DNA from: Haloferax volcanii DS2
Lineage (GTDB): Archaea; Halobacteriota; Halobacteria; Halobacteriales; Haloferacaceae
NCBI RefSeq assembly: GCF_000025685.1
Contig: NC_013966.1
Span: 1 to 32,000, forward strand
Length of the DNA: 32,000 nucleotides
Reading direction: 5' to 3'
Shown: positions 1 through 8,114 of the stretch, one piece after another
Position numbering within the stretch: position 1 is the first letter of the stretch
How the letters are laid out: each line of letters opens with the position of its first letter
Program-made: the position numbers and the translations under genes
Notes under the pieces: generated by a model
Seen by the model: only the letters and a program-made list of their open reading frames with translations
Databases searched by the model: none
What the model was told of the DNA's origin: nothing

Positions 1-38
1 ACCCATCCACTTGTTCCACCGGTTACCGTCGTCTCCCA

Positions 39-121
39 GAACAGCGGACAAAGTGGAGGGGGTGTGTTCCCGCCTAAGTATATAAAGAACGAGAACAGCG
101 GACACTCCGGACGCGGTGGTT
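39..121 (+). repeat. Two ORB-like origin repeats upstream of orc1
   Basis: gaacagcggaca occurs at 39-50 and 93-104. Each copy is followed by a G-rich tail: aagtggagggggtgtg, then ctccggacgcggtggt. The same family recurs downstream of orc1. Confidence 0.55.
78..87 (+). promoter_or_regulatory. TATA-box-like element upstream of orc1
   Basis: gtatataaag lies about 30 nt before GTG 116 and 65 nt before ATG 152. The 10-mer tataaagaac also sits upstream of tnpB at 8118-8127. Confidence 0.4.
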
Positions 122-151
122 TTATCAACGAAGTGGTCGAACCGTGGTAGT

Positions 152-1402
152 ATGCCCCTATTCGAGCGGGACACCGAGATCTATCGGGACCGGGACGCCC
201 TTCGCGAGGACTACCAACCCGAGGAACTCGTGGGGCGTGACGAGGAACTCCGTACCTTCCAGGCTGCGCTACAACCGGTTATCAACGGCGAACAGCCCAA
301 CAACATCTTCCTCTACGGGAAGACCGGCGTCGGCAAGACCGCCGCGTCGCGGTACTTACTCGGTCACCTCCGCGAGGACGCGAGCCACTACGACGACATC
401 CACCTCACCGTCGTCTTCCTGAACTGCGACGGACTCACGAGTTCGTATCAGATTGCGACCCGCCTCGTCAACGAGTTCCGGTCGGAGTCGAACCAGATCA
501 GCACGACGGGCTACCCGCTCGGCTCCGTCTACGAGATGCTCTGGCAGGAACTCGACGACTGCGGCGGGACGATAATCATCGTCCTCGACGAAATCGACCA
601 CGTCAACGACGACAGCATTCTCTACCAACTTCCGCGAGCGCGGGCCAATGGGAACCTCGACGCGGCGAAGGTCGGACTCATCGGCATCTCCAACGACTTC
701 TCGTTCCGCGACGACCTCTCGCCGAAGGTCAAAAGCTCCCTGTGCGAACAGGAGATTCACTTCCCGGCGTACAACGCCAAGAACCTCCGAGCCATCCTCG
801 AACAGCGCGCGAAAGTGGCGTTCCGCGAGGGCGTCCTCTCCGACGAGGTGATACCGCTCTGTGCCGCTTACGGAGCGAAAGACGCCGGGGACGCCCGCCA
901 ATCTATCGACCTGTTGATGAAAGCCGGCGACCTGGCCCGCGACGACGACACCGACCGCATCGAAGAAGAGCACGTCAAACGTGGCCGACGCGCCCTCGAA
1001 CGCGGCCGCATCAAGGAGGGAATCAACGGACTGACCGAACACGGCCACCTCGTGCTCTACTCGCTTTTGACGCTCGAACTGGAAGACGAGACGCCGATTC
1101 GCTCCCGTGACGTTCGCCCCCGCTACACCCGGTTTACCGAACTCGCCAACCGCGACCCGCTCGTCCCGCGGCGGATGCGCGACCACCTCAGCGAGCTCGC
1201 GATGCTCGGTATCGTCTCCGTCACCGAGCGAAACGAGGGTCGACGCGGCGGGACGTACCGCGAATACGCCCTCGATATGGACGTCGGACTTATCGTTTCG
1301 GCCATGCGCGACACCATCGAACTCGTCGGCGTTCACGAGACGGTCGAACCCTTCCTCGACGGCGACAAAACGAGCACGCTCGACGACTTCATCGAGCAGT
1401 AG
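152..1402 (+). CDS. orc1: Orc1/Cdc6 replication initiator (AAA+ ATPase with C-terminal winged helix)
   Basis: Walker A is LYGKTGVGKT and Walker B is IIIVLDEID. The N-terminus (EELVGRDEEL) and C-terminal wHTH are typical of the family. The ORF is open from GTG 116. ATG 152 (MPLFERD...) is preferred, but GTG 116 is possible if the transcript is leaderless. Confidence 0.92.
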   Translation: MPLFERDTEIYRDRDALREDYQPEELVGRDEELRTFQAALQPVINGEQPNNIFLYGKTGVGKTAASRYLLGHLREDASHYDDIHLTVVFLNCDGLTSSYQIATRLVNEFRSESNQISTTGYPLGSVYEMLWQELDDCGGTIIIVLDEIDHVNDDSILYQLPRARANGNLDAAKVGLIGISNDFSFRDDLSPKVKSSLCEQEIHFPAYNAKNLRAILEQRAKVAFREGVLSDEVIPLCAAYGAKDAGDARQSIDLLMKAGDLARDDDTDRIEEEHVKRGRRALERGRIKEGINGLTEHGHLVLYSLLTLELEDETPIRSRDVRPRYTRFTELANRDPLVPRRMRDHLSELAMLGIVSVTERNEGRRGGTYREYALDMDVGLIVSAMRDTIELVGVHETVEPFLDGDKTSTLDDFIEQ

Positions 1403-1415
1403 GTAGGTCGACGCT

Positions 1416-1911
1416 CAGTACCGCGGACATCGTGGTGTGGCCTCGCATCCGGTTTCGGTGGCACATCCGGTTTCGGTGGAACAGTTCCCCGTGGCGGCGT
1501 CGGCACGACTGGTCGTTGACCTGCTCTGCGGAAACGTGGCTCGGTCGGGTGCGCCGACCGCTCGGTTCAGTCCCGACCAGTCGGAACACCACTCTGTCCG
1601 CAGTAATCCGGCAACGTTAGCCGACTACTGAAACAGCGGACATCGTGGTGTGACCGTCCGCCCACGACGAGCTATCTCCCCGGTAGCGATGCTCTGTGCG
1701 GCTCGTCATCGTCACAACAGCGGACATACTGGTGTTCGATGTCGCGTTTTCACCGTGTAAAATCGACCTGCGGTCTCGGGGCTGTGACAACAGCGGACGC
1801 GGCGGTGTTCGCCAGTCGCTTATCTCTTATCTCGGCTTCGTCGTCGATTGTCGCTGGTCAGTCGGCAGTCGACGGACCACGGGTCTCGAACACCGCGTTG
1901 TCCGCTGTTTT
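1416..1911. repeat. Cluster of ORB-like repeats (candidate replication origin) downstream of orc1
   Basis: The core (a/c)(a/t)gcggaca + 3-5 nt + (g)tggtgt(t/g) occurs at 1416-1440, 1631-1653, 1714-1736 and 1787-1809 (forward), and at 1585-1605 and 1889-1911 (reverse). The last forward copy and the last reverse copy form a convergent pair. Confidence 0.6.
1446..1479 (+). repeat. Direct 16-bp repeat, period 18 bp
   Basis: catccggtttcggtgg occurs at 1446-1461 and again at 1464-1479, inside the origin-like intergenic region. Confidence 0.8.
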
Positions 1912-2007
1912 TCCGATGTCCGGAACGGTTTTACTGTCTCTTCCAGCGCTCGTTTGTCCCGCTCCGCGCCATCACCGTACGGTCTCCCCGGACTCGTTTG
2001 CCACGCG

Positions 2008-2586
2008 TCACTCGTTGCGACGTTCGAGGACGGCATCGACGATTTCTTCGGGGTACTCGGCGGCGACGCGGACGAGCGCGTCGTGGAACTCGCGGCCGGT
2101 CAGGTCGCGCACGTCGTGTTCTCGGCGGAGGAGCGACTCGACTTCGAACTCGGCGTCGTCAAGTCGGTCGAGCGTCGCGGTTCGGACGTAGATGCTCTTT
2201 GCGGTCGTCGCCTCGAACTCGAACGCCGGGCCGCCCGCCGTCTCCGTCGCCTGCTCCGTGTCGGCGGCGCTTTCCGCGCCGTCTGCCTCGGCGTTCGATT
2301 CAGTTGCCTCTTCGGCTTCGTCGCCGTCGTTCCTCTCAGCGACTTCGCTGCCTTCGCCCGCGTCATCGCTCTCGCTCGCTTCGTCTGACTCCGGGTCGGA
2401 TTCGGCTTTCGAGTCCGGCGCAGAGTCGCCCTCGGACTCTGATTCGACCGCTGGTTCGGGTTCCGACTTCTCGGATTTGTCAGTGGTGCCCTCGTCCGCG
2501 GTCTGCTCGTCGTCGGATTCTGCGTCCGGTTCCGACTCGGATTCCATCGCCTCGCCGAGGCCGGCGAATCGGTTCTCCTTAGGCAT
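2008..2586 (-). CDS. Acidic ParA-coupled protein, candidate partition adaptor or centromere-binding protein
   Basis: Its start overlaps the parA stop by 8 nt (ATGCCTAA), which suggests translational coupling. It has a long D/E/S-rich N-terminal part and a structured C-terminal part of about 65 aa (KSIYVRTATLDRLDDAEFEVESLL...). The function is inferred from position only. Confidence 0.6.
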   Translation of the reverse strand: MPKENRFAGLGEAMESESEPDAESDDEQTADEGTTDKSEKSEPEPAVESESEGDSAPDSKAESDPESDEASESDDAGEGSEVAERNDGDEAEEATESNAEADGAESAADTEQATETAGGPAFEFEATTAKSIYVRTATLDRLDDAEFEVESLLRREHDVRDLTGREFHDALVRVAAEYPEEIVDAVLERRNE

Positions 2587-3403
2587 CGTCGGTCCCTCCG
2601 TGCTCGACGATTTCCGCGAGCCGGTCGAGTCGGTCTAACATGTCGTTCGACGGGTCGTACTCTCGGAGGGTCTTCCCGTCGCGCCAGGCGCGACTGAACG
2701 CGATTCGGTGTCTGATGCCCGGCCCCTTGGAGTCGGGGTCGTCGAACAGGTCCGAGCGGGCGAACGGCGGGATGAACTGCTCGAAGGGCGAGTCTTCGAG
2801 GTCGCGGATGATTCGTTTTTCCTCGTTGTTTCCGGTGAGGTCGTTCGGGACGATAGCGAGGATGTCGAGGTCGACCTCGCGGCGAATCGGGCCGATCTGT
2901 TGTTCGAACATCCGTTCGAAGCCGCTCACGCTCGGTTCGCTCATGAGGAGCGGGACGACGACGTTCCCGGTTCCGATGAGCGCCGCGTCGGACAGCGGGC
3001 CGAGACTCGGCGGCGAGTCGATGACGATGTAGTCGTAGTCGTCGCCGAGAAGCGGGTCGACGATTCGACGACGGACCCAGAGCATACCGAACGTCGAGTT
3101 CCGAACGCGGTCTTCGATGTCGTCGAGGTCGACGTGAGACGGGAGCACGTCGAAGCCCTCGCGGTCGCGTATCACTTCGCGCACGTCGATGGGGTCGTCG
3201 TCGGTCAGCACGTCGCCGATGTTCGGCTCCAACGACTCGTAGTCGTCTTTCAGCCCGACGCCCTCGGTCGCGTTCCCCTGCTGGTCGAGGTCCACCAACA
3301 GCACGTCGTTCCCCCGCGCGGCGAGTGCGTCGGCGAGGTTGATGGCTATCGTCGTCTTTCCGACCCCGCCCTTCTGGAGGGAGACGCTCACGGCTCGCGA
3401 CAC
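2579..3403 (-). CDS. parA: ParA/MinD-family partition ATPase
   Basis: It has the deviant Walker A SLQKGGVGKTT, LLVDLDQQGN, and Walker B YIVIDSPP. The start codon is GTG. Confidence 0.93.
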   Translation of the reverse strand: MSRAVSVSLQKGGVGKTTIAINLADALAARGNDVLLVDLDQQGNATEGVGLKDDYESLEPNIGDVLTDDDPIDVREVIRDREGFDVLPSHVDLDDIEDRVRNSTFGMLWVRRRIVDPLLGDDYDYIVIDSPPSLGPLSDAALIGTGNVVVPLLMSEPSVSGFERMFEQQIGPIRREVDLDILAIVPNDLTGNNEEKRIIRDLEDSPFEQFIPPFARSDLFDDPDSKGPGIRHRIAFSRAWRDGKTLREYDPSNDMLDRLDRLAEIVEHGGTDDA

Positions 3404-3432
3404 CTATCTGCCCTCCCGCGGAACGCGATGTT

Positions 3433-3804
3433 TACAAATTGTACACAGTCTACACTGTGTCTGCTGTTTGGGCGGTGCAAACTCCGTTTGAACTGCGGAC
3501 TGTGCGGACATCTGGAGGTTCGAACGGACGTTCCGCGGCATGCCACATAATTTTATCCACGACTTTTGAACCGTTGGGACTTCGTCTACATTCCGCACTC
3601 TTTATGATTTTTACAATTTCTACAAATTGTAAACGTTCGGCCATCGACGGCCGGTGACTCGCCTCCGTTCCGGCCTGAGAAGTCTCTACTTCGCTCACCG
3701 TGTCCGATTCTCGGACATCGCTCGCATTCTTTGCTGTTCTCACAGCGTACGAATCTCACGCGGTACAAACTGTCTGAAGATTCTACAATTTCCACAATTT
3801 GTAG
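3433..3804. repeat. TACAAATTGTA palindrome family in the parA upstream region (candidate operator or centromere sites)
   Basis: tacaaattgta occurs at 3433-3443, overlapping the TATA-like region of parA, and at 3621-3631. The reverse form acaatttgta is at 3794-3803. The copies at 3621 and 3794 are each preceded by tacaatttc (3612-3620 and 3784-3792), giving two related units of about 20 bp. Confidence 0.55.
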
Positions 3805-3875
3805 ACTGTATGTGAATTCTAAAACTCGGGAGCGGTGCGGACTTCGCGAGCGGTGCGAACCGCGTGGACGGTTTC

Positions 3876-3956
3876 GACTGCCTTCGCTGTTCGCACCGTT
3901 TGAACTGCTCTGACTGTCGAGACCGCTTTGACTGTTTAGACTGCCCCGACTGTCCG
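3876..3956 (+). repeat. Nine tandem degenerate 9-bp units (GACTGNNNN)
   Basis: The units read gactgcctt cgctgttcg caccgtttg aactgctct gactgtcga gaccgcttt gactgttta gactgcccc gactgtccg. A further in-phase gactgttcg lies at 4002. Confidence 0.6.
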
Positions 3957-4083
3957 CGCTCTCCTCACGGTTTCCACCGCGCTCGAAGTCCGCCCGGTTT
4001 CGACTGTTCGAACGTCGCCTCCGACGTTGCACGGGTCACTATCTTCACCAGAAATCGATTACTCAGCGGCGCTATCGAGAGAA

Positions 4084-4103
4084 TACTGCGGACATGGTGG
4101 TGT
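4084..4103 (+). repeat. Isolated ORB-like repeat
   Basis: tactgcggacatggtggtgt matches the reverse copy at 1585-1605 (tactgcggacagagtggtgtt). A weaker relative, tgcggacatctggaggtt, lies at 3503-3520. Confidence 0.45.
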
Positions 4104-4124
4104 CCACCGGCCGCCGCACCCGGC

Positions 4125-4241
4125 TCAGTTGGCGAGTTTGTCGGCGAACTTCTCGCGGACTTTCTCGACTTTCGGGCTCGCGTGGAACTGGCAGTACGCG
4201 TCGTTGGGGTTTTTCTCGAAGAAGATAGACGTGACCTGCAA
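4125..4241 (-). pseudogene. msrA: 3'-terminal remnant of peptide-methionine sulfoxide reductase MsrA
   Basis: The minus-strand translation is ..FFEKNPNDAYCQFHASPKVEKVREKFADKLAN*. It matches the conserved MsrA C-terminus (..EKNPN.YC..). No upstream MsrA catalytic region is present, and similarity is lost near 4225-4243. Confidence 0.6.
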
Positions 4242-4282
4242 AAATACTATAGAGCTAAGTGGGTGGTGTCCGCACGGGGAGT

Positions 4283-5641
4283 ATGGCCCGGAAGTACGAC
4301 CAGCAGTACGAGGACGCCCGAGAACGGATTCGGAACCACAGTACCGAGGGGACGCATCAGGTGCGGAAGGGAGTAGAGCGGACCCACCCCGGCTACGAGG
4401 ACGCGGAGGACGCGGAGCGCATCCTCACGATGGCTGACGCCTACGACGCGGACAACCTCGTAGTGGACTGCCCGGAGGGTCAGTCTACGAAGTCCGTCAC
4501 GACCCTCAAGAACTACCTCACCGGCCTCAACAAGATAGCCCCGCACGTCGCCCTCACGGATACGACCGCGACGGAACTGAACACGGTGATGCAGGGCTTC
4601 CTCGACGGGGACCTCCACAACGTGAAGGACTCCGGCCTCTCGAAAGGCTCCATCCGCGTCTACCAGAACGCCCTCCGGCAGTTCTACTACGTCCACGACG
4701 ACGTGGGCGTGGACCCGGAGGACATCACCCTGTTCAAGACGGACGACAAGGCCGTAGACCCGGCGGATATGCTGACCCGCGAGGAGATTCAGGCCATCCG
4801 GGACGCCGCGGACTGTATGCGGGACCGCGCCCTCTTCGACTTCCTCATCTACACGGGCCAGCGGAACACGGCCACGCGCTCCCTCCGCATCAAGGACCTC
4901 GACCTGGAGAACGACCGCTTCCGGCTCAACACGGACGCGGACGGCCTGAAGGGAGCGGAGACGAACGGGAAGTGGCGGGACCTCCTACTCTCGTCCGCGA
5001 CCGTCAAGCAGTACCTCAACACGGAACACCCGGCTCCGGACGACCCGGAGGCGTACGTGTTCACGTCCCGTCCGAAGTACGGCGGCCCCAAGCCCCGAGA
5101 GATGCTGGACGTAACGACGCTGGGCGGCATCGTGGGCCGTCTCGCGGACCGGGCGGCGGAGGACTACCCGGCCATCGCCAGCAAGCCGACGTACCCCCAC
5201 GCCCTCCGACACAACTTCGTGACCATCGCCCTCCGCCGCGGGATGGACGAGACGGCCATCAAGCACCAAATCGGCCACGCGCCGAACAGTTCCGTGATGG
5301 AGTCCACCTACGCCCACCTGAAGGACTCCGACCACATCCGGGCCGCTCGGGACGCCTTCGACCTGGAGACGGAGGACCACGAGAGCGAACTGACGCCGGA
5401 GGTGTGCCCGCGGTGCGGGGAGAGTCCGCCGGAGGACGCCCGCCTCTGCCCGTACTGTGGACTCGCCTTCACGCCGGACGCGGAGCAGGCCGTCGAGGAC
5501 GCGGAGGAAGCAGTCAACGACTCCTACCGGCAGACGCCTCCGGAGGACGCCGAGACGAAGGAGAAGATAGACCTCGTGTACGACCTGCTGGACGACCCGG
5601 ACGTGAAGGCGGCGATAGCCGAGCAGAAGGCCGAGGAGTAG
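4283..5641 (+). CDS. Tyrosine recombinase / phage-type integrase with a C-terminal zinc ribbon
   Basis: The catalytic region reads ...TGQRNTATRSLRIKDL ... HALRHNFVTIALRRG ... IGHAPNSSVMESTYAHL, giving the R..HxxR..H..Y pattern. The C-terminal extension contains CPRCG..x11..CPYCG. ATG 4283 follows a TATA-like aaaatactataga at 4241-4253. Confidence 0.9.
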   Translation: MARKYDQQYEDARERIRNHSTEGTHQVRKGVERTHPGYEDAEDAERILTMADAYDADNLVVDCPEGQSTKSVTTLKNYLTGLNKIAPHVALTDTTATELNTVMQGFLDGDLHNVKDSGLSKGSIRVYQNALRQFYYVHDDVGVDPEDITLFKTDDKAVDPADMLTREEIQAIRDAADCMRDRALFDFLIYTGQRNTATRSLRIKDLDLENDRFRLNTDADGLKGAETNGKWRDLLLSSATVKQYLNTEHPAPDDPEAYVFTSRPKYGGPKPREMLDVTTLGGIVGRLADRAAEDYPAIASKPTYPHALRHNFVTIALRRGMDETAIKHQIGHAPNSSVMESTYAHLKDSDHIRAARDAFDLETEDHESELTPEVCPRCGESPPEDARLCPYCGLAFTPDAEQAVEDAEEAVNDSYRQTPPEDAETKEKIDLVYDLLDDPDVKAAIAEQKAEE

Positions 5642-5823
5642 CGCCGCTGGCGGCGGAGGACGACCGGGCCGGCGGGACGCCGCCAACTCGGGGAGAATAC
5701 CGACGACGGTGAAAATATACTGGTTCATTCTCGGCACGCTCACGGAAAGCGTCCTACGTCTGGGCCAAGAACCTCTACAAATCGTCAAAGCATTTTTTAC
5801 CCCACTCTCGGTGGAATTGCATA

Positions 5824-6483
5824 ATGCCTGACGTTCAGCGATACCTCCAGTCGCTCACCGAAACCGCGAGCACAGGGGACACACGCGAAGAAAGCTACTA
5901 CGGCGACCTCAGCGAACTTCTTGAACAACACGCCGAAGAAAACGGGCATAATGACGTCCAAGTCACCACACTTCCTTCCCCAACGGACGGCGGGAACCCG
6001 GACTTCAGAGTGTGGAGCGGAACAAATGAAGTCACAGGGTATGTCGAAGCGAAGCTACCGAGTGGTCCCTCCCTCGACACTATCGAAGAGACAGAGCAAC
6101 TTACAAGATATCGGGACACGTTCGAGAATGTTATCTTGACGAATTTCGTCGAGTTCCGCCTCTACCGGAACGGCGAACAAGTCGCCGAAGCCGAGATAGC
6201 AGACCCACCCGAAATTCCTCGATTCGGAGACGCACCCGACGCCATCAATACTGACGACCTCGATAGCCTACTGGAGCGGTTCTTCTCGTTCTCCCGGCCA
6301 GAAATAGAGACGGCTCGAGAGCTTGCGACCGAACTCGCCAAACGAACGTCATTTATGAGAGAGGTAGTCCTGCAGGAACTCGGCCGAGAGATGGCCGGGA
6401 ACGACGGGCACATTCTCGGATTCTATGAAGCGTTCGAAGACTATCTGATGCCCGATATTAGCCGGCGAGAGCATCCGTTCTAG
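5824..6483 (+). pseudogene. N-terminal fragment of a type IIG-like restriction endonuclease/N6-adenine methyltransferase, truncated by IS insertion
   Basis: It has a PD-(D/E)xK-like motif, GNPDFRVW...GYVEAK, followed by TNFVEFRLY. No methyltransferase domain follows. The reading frame runs into the IS4 left end at 6472 and stops at 6483. Confidence 0.55.
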
Positions 6484-7916
6484 TTTAACGAAGAATCCAG
6501 TTGCTGTCTGTTGATTTGATATCGTCGCAACTACCTGATTGAGAAACCCGGTGGGAAGTATGACCTACAGCCCACCGGATTCGGTCATAGTTGACCGGAT
6601 TCAAAGAGCGTTTCCCTCTGATGAGTTGCGCGAGCGCGCTCGCGCAACGAATCTCGTCCAACGAGAGCGGAAATTCGACATCGTTGCGCTGTTCTACACA
6701 CTCTCGTTTGGCTTCGCTGCTGGCTCAGACCGCTCTCTCCAAGCATTTCTCGAACGCTACGTCGAGATGGCTGACTGTGACGAACTCTCCTACGCATCGT
6801 TCCACGACTGGTTCGAACCAGGATTCGTTGCACTCCTTCGAGAGATTCTCGATGACGCAATCGAGAATCTCGATACCGGACGAGAAGATTTGAACGGCCG
6901 TCTCGAACGCTTTCGAGACGTCCTCATTGCTGACGCAACCATCGTTTCGCTGTACCAGGACGCCGCTGATATCTACACAGCAACCGGCGACCATCAAGCC
7001 GAACTGAAACTTCACCTCACCGAATCTCTCTCGACTGGGCTCCCGACACGATTCCGGACAACCGATGGGACGACTCATGAACGGAGTCAGCTACCCACCG
7101 GCGAGTGGGTAGCTGACGCCCTCATCTTGCTCGATTTAGGCTTCTACGACTTCTGGTTGTTCGACCGAATCGACCAGAACGGCGGGTGGTTCGTCTCCCG
7201 GGTGAAGGACAACGCGAACTTCGAGATCGTCGAAGAACTGCGAACGTGGCGAGGCAACAGCATTCCGCTGGAAGGAGAGTCGCTGCAGGCCGTCCTTGAG
7301 GACCTGCAGCGACAGGAAATCGACGTACGCATCACGCTTTCATTCGAGCGCAAACGAGGGTCGGGCGCCAGCGCGACCCGGTCGTTCCGATTGGTCGGCC
7401 TGCGTAACAAGGAGAGCGAAGAGTACCATCTGTATCTGACGAATCTGGCGAGAGAAAGCTACAGCGCGCCCGATATCGCGCAGCTCTATCGGGCGCGCTG
7501 GGAGGTCGAACTGCTGTTCAAGGAGTTGAAGTCGCGGTTCGGCTTGGACGAGATCAAGACGACCGACGGCTACATCATCGAGGCGCTGATCATCATGGCC
7601 GCAATTTCGTTGATGATGAGTCGTGTAATCGTGGATGAGTTACGGTCGCTCGAGGCAAGACAGCGAGAGGGCGAAGCCGCCGCAGACGCCGACTCGTCGG
7701 CGTCGCGGCTCCCTCGGCGTCGCTGTTCGCTCGCCGTGGAACGCCACGGTCATCTAATCCAGTTGTATCTCATGATCGAGTTGGGCTACGAACTGCCGGA
7801 TTTGGACGAGCTGTTGCTGTGGGCGTCGCGTAATCCAAATCCACACAGGCAACGGTTACGTGAGCAGGTTGAACGAGGTGAGTTCGGCTTTGATCGCTAC
7901 TAAACTAGAACGCATG
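6472..7916 (+). mobile_element. IS4-family (ISH8-like) insertion sequence, about 1445 bp
   Basis: The terminal inverted repeats are catccgttctagttta (6472-6487) and taaactagaacgcatg (7901-7916), matching at 15 of 16 positions. The right repeat overlaps the transposase stop. No target-site duplication is visible. Confidence 0.65.
6560..7903 (+). CDS. IS4-family DDE transposase
   Basis: The DDE context reads LIADATIV, LLDLGFYD and the Y(2)R(3)E(6)K signature YRARWEVELLFKELK. ATG 6560 (MTYSPPD) is preferred over TTG 6539. Confidence 0.9.
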   Translation: MTYSPPDSVIVDRIQRAFPSDELRERARATNLVQRERKFDIVALFYTLSFGFAAGSDRSLQAFLERYVEMADCDELSYASFHDWFEPGFVALLREILDDAIENLDTGREDLNGRLERFRDVLIADATIVSLYQDAADIYTATGDHQAELKLHLTESLSTGLPTRFRTTDGTTHERSQLPTGEWVADALILLDLGFYDFWLFDRIDQNGGWFVSRVKDNANFEIVEELRTWRGNSIPLEGESLQAVLEDLQRQEIDVRITLSFERKRGSGASATRSFRLVGLRNKESEEYHLYLTNLARESYSAPDIAQLYRARWEVELLFKELKSRFGLDEIKTTDGYIIEALIIMAAISLMMSRVIVDELRSLEARQREGEAAADADSSASRLPRRRCSLAVERHGHLIQLYLMIELGYELPDLDELLLWASRNPNPHRQRLREQVERGEFGFDRY

Positions 7917-8114
7917 GTGATGCAACAGACACTTGCTGGCTGTGCCTTCTGCGATGCGGTTCCCGGTACAGACGTGGGGGAGGCACATACCTGGGGAAAA
8001 GACGAACGAGTCACAGAGGTGCAAGGAGGAAGCCCACGACTTCAGCCGTGGGAAGAATCCGACTCGAAACAAACCACGAGCGATAGCACCCCGACTCCCC
8101 CACGCAAGTCGTAG
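7917..8114 (+). mobile_element. Probable 3' remnant of a second IS1341-type tnpB/right end, or the left-end hairpin of the following element
   Basis: aagcccacgacttcagccgtggg at 8030-8052 is nearly identical to the hairpin at the 3' end of the intact tnpB (9419-9441). A Cys-containing motif lies 89 nt upstream, versus 90 nt in the intact copy. Confidence 0.4.

Noticed and set aside
356-1336. 326-aa minus-strand ORF (and several plus-strand alternatives) inside orc1
   Set aside because: It is antisense or an alternate frame of a confidently identified Orc1/Cdc6 gene. Long spurious ORFs are expected in high-GC DNA, and its composition is Val/Arg/Ala-rich.
1696-2638. Plus-strand ORFs 1696-2388, 1848-2582 and 2192-2638
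   Set aside because: They are Arg/Ser/Pro-rich translations that overlap the ORB repeat cluster and the antisense of the ParA-coupled gene.
3511-3525. tRNA T-loop-like ggttcgaac near the integrase region
   Set aside because: No flanking T-stem, acceptor stem or anticodon arm can be drawn. No other tRNA-like cloverleaf was found in the window.
2708-3550. 280-aa plus-strand ORF opposite parA
   Set aside because: It is a mirror frame of parA with no motifs, and it runs through the promoter and palindrome region.
1446-3956. Possible CRISPR array (the direct repeats at 1446-1479 and the tandem units at 3876-3956)
   Set aside because: The repeats are only 9-16 bp, lack unique spacers of 30-40 bp, and no cas genes are present.
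3586-4376. ORFs 3586-4032 (minus) and 3864-4376 (plus) in the parA-integrase intergenic region
   Set aside because: Their sequences are low-complexity Arg/Ser/Cys repeats generated by the 9-bp tandem array and palindromes. The second also runs antisense across the msrA remnant.
4972-5788. ORFs 4972-5712 (plus) and 4985-5788 (minus) overlapping the integrase
   Set aside because: They are alternate or antisense frames of the integrase, rich in Arg, Pro and Gly.
6505-7931. Alternative IS4 ends based on tgtctgttg (6505-6513) and caacagaca (7923-7931)
   Set aside because: The match is only 9 bp. The 16-bp inverted repeat at 6472-6487 / 7901-7916 is longer, overlaps the transposase stop as in compact IS4 elements, and coincides with the point where the restriction-modification reading frame loses plausibility.
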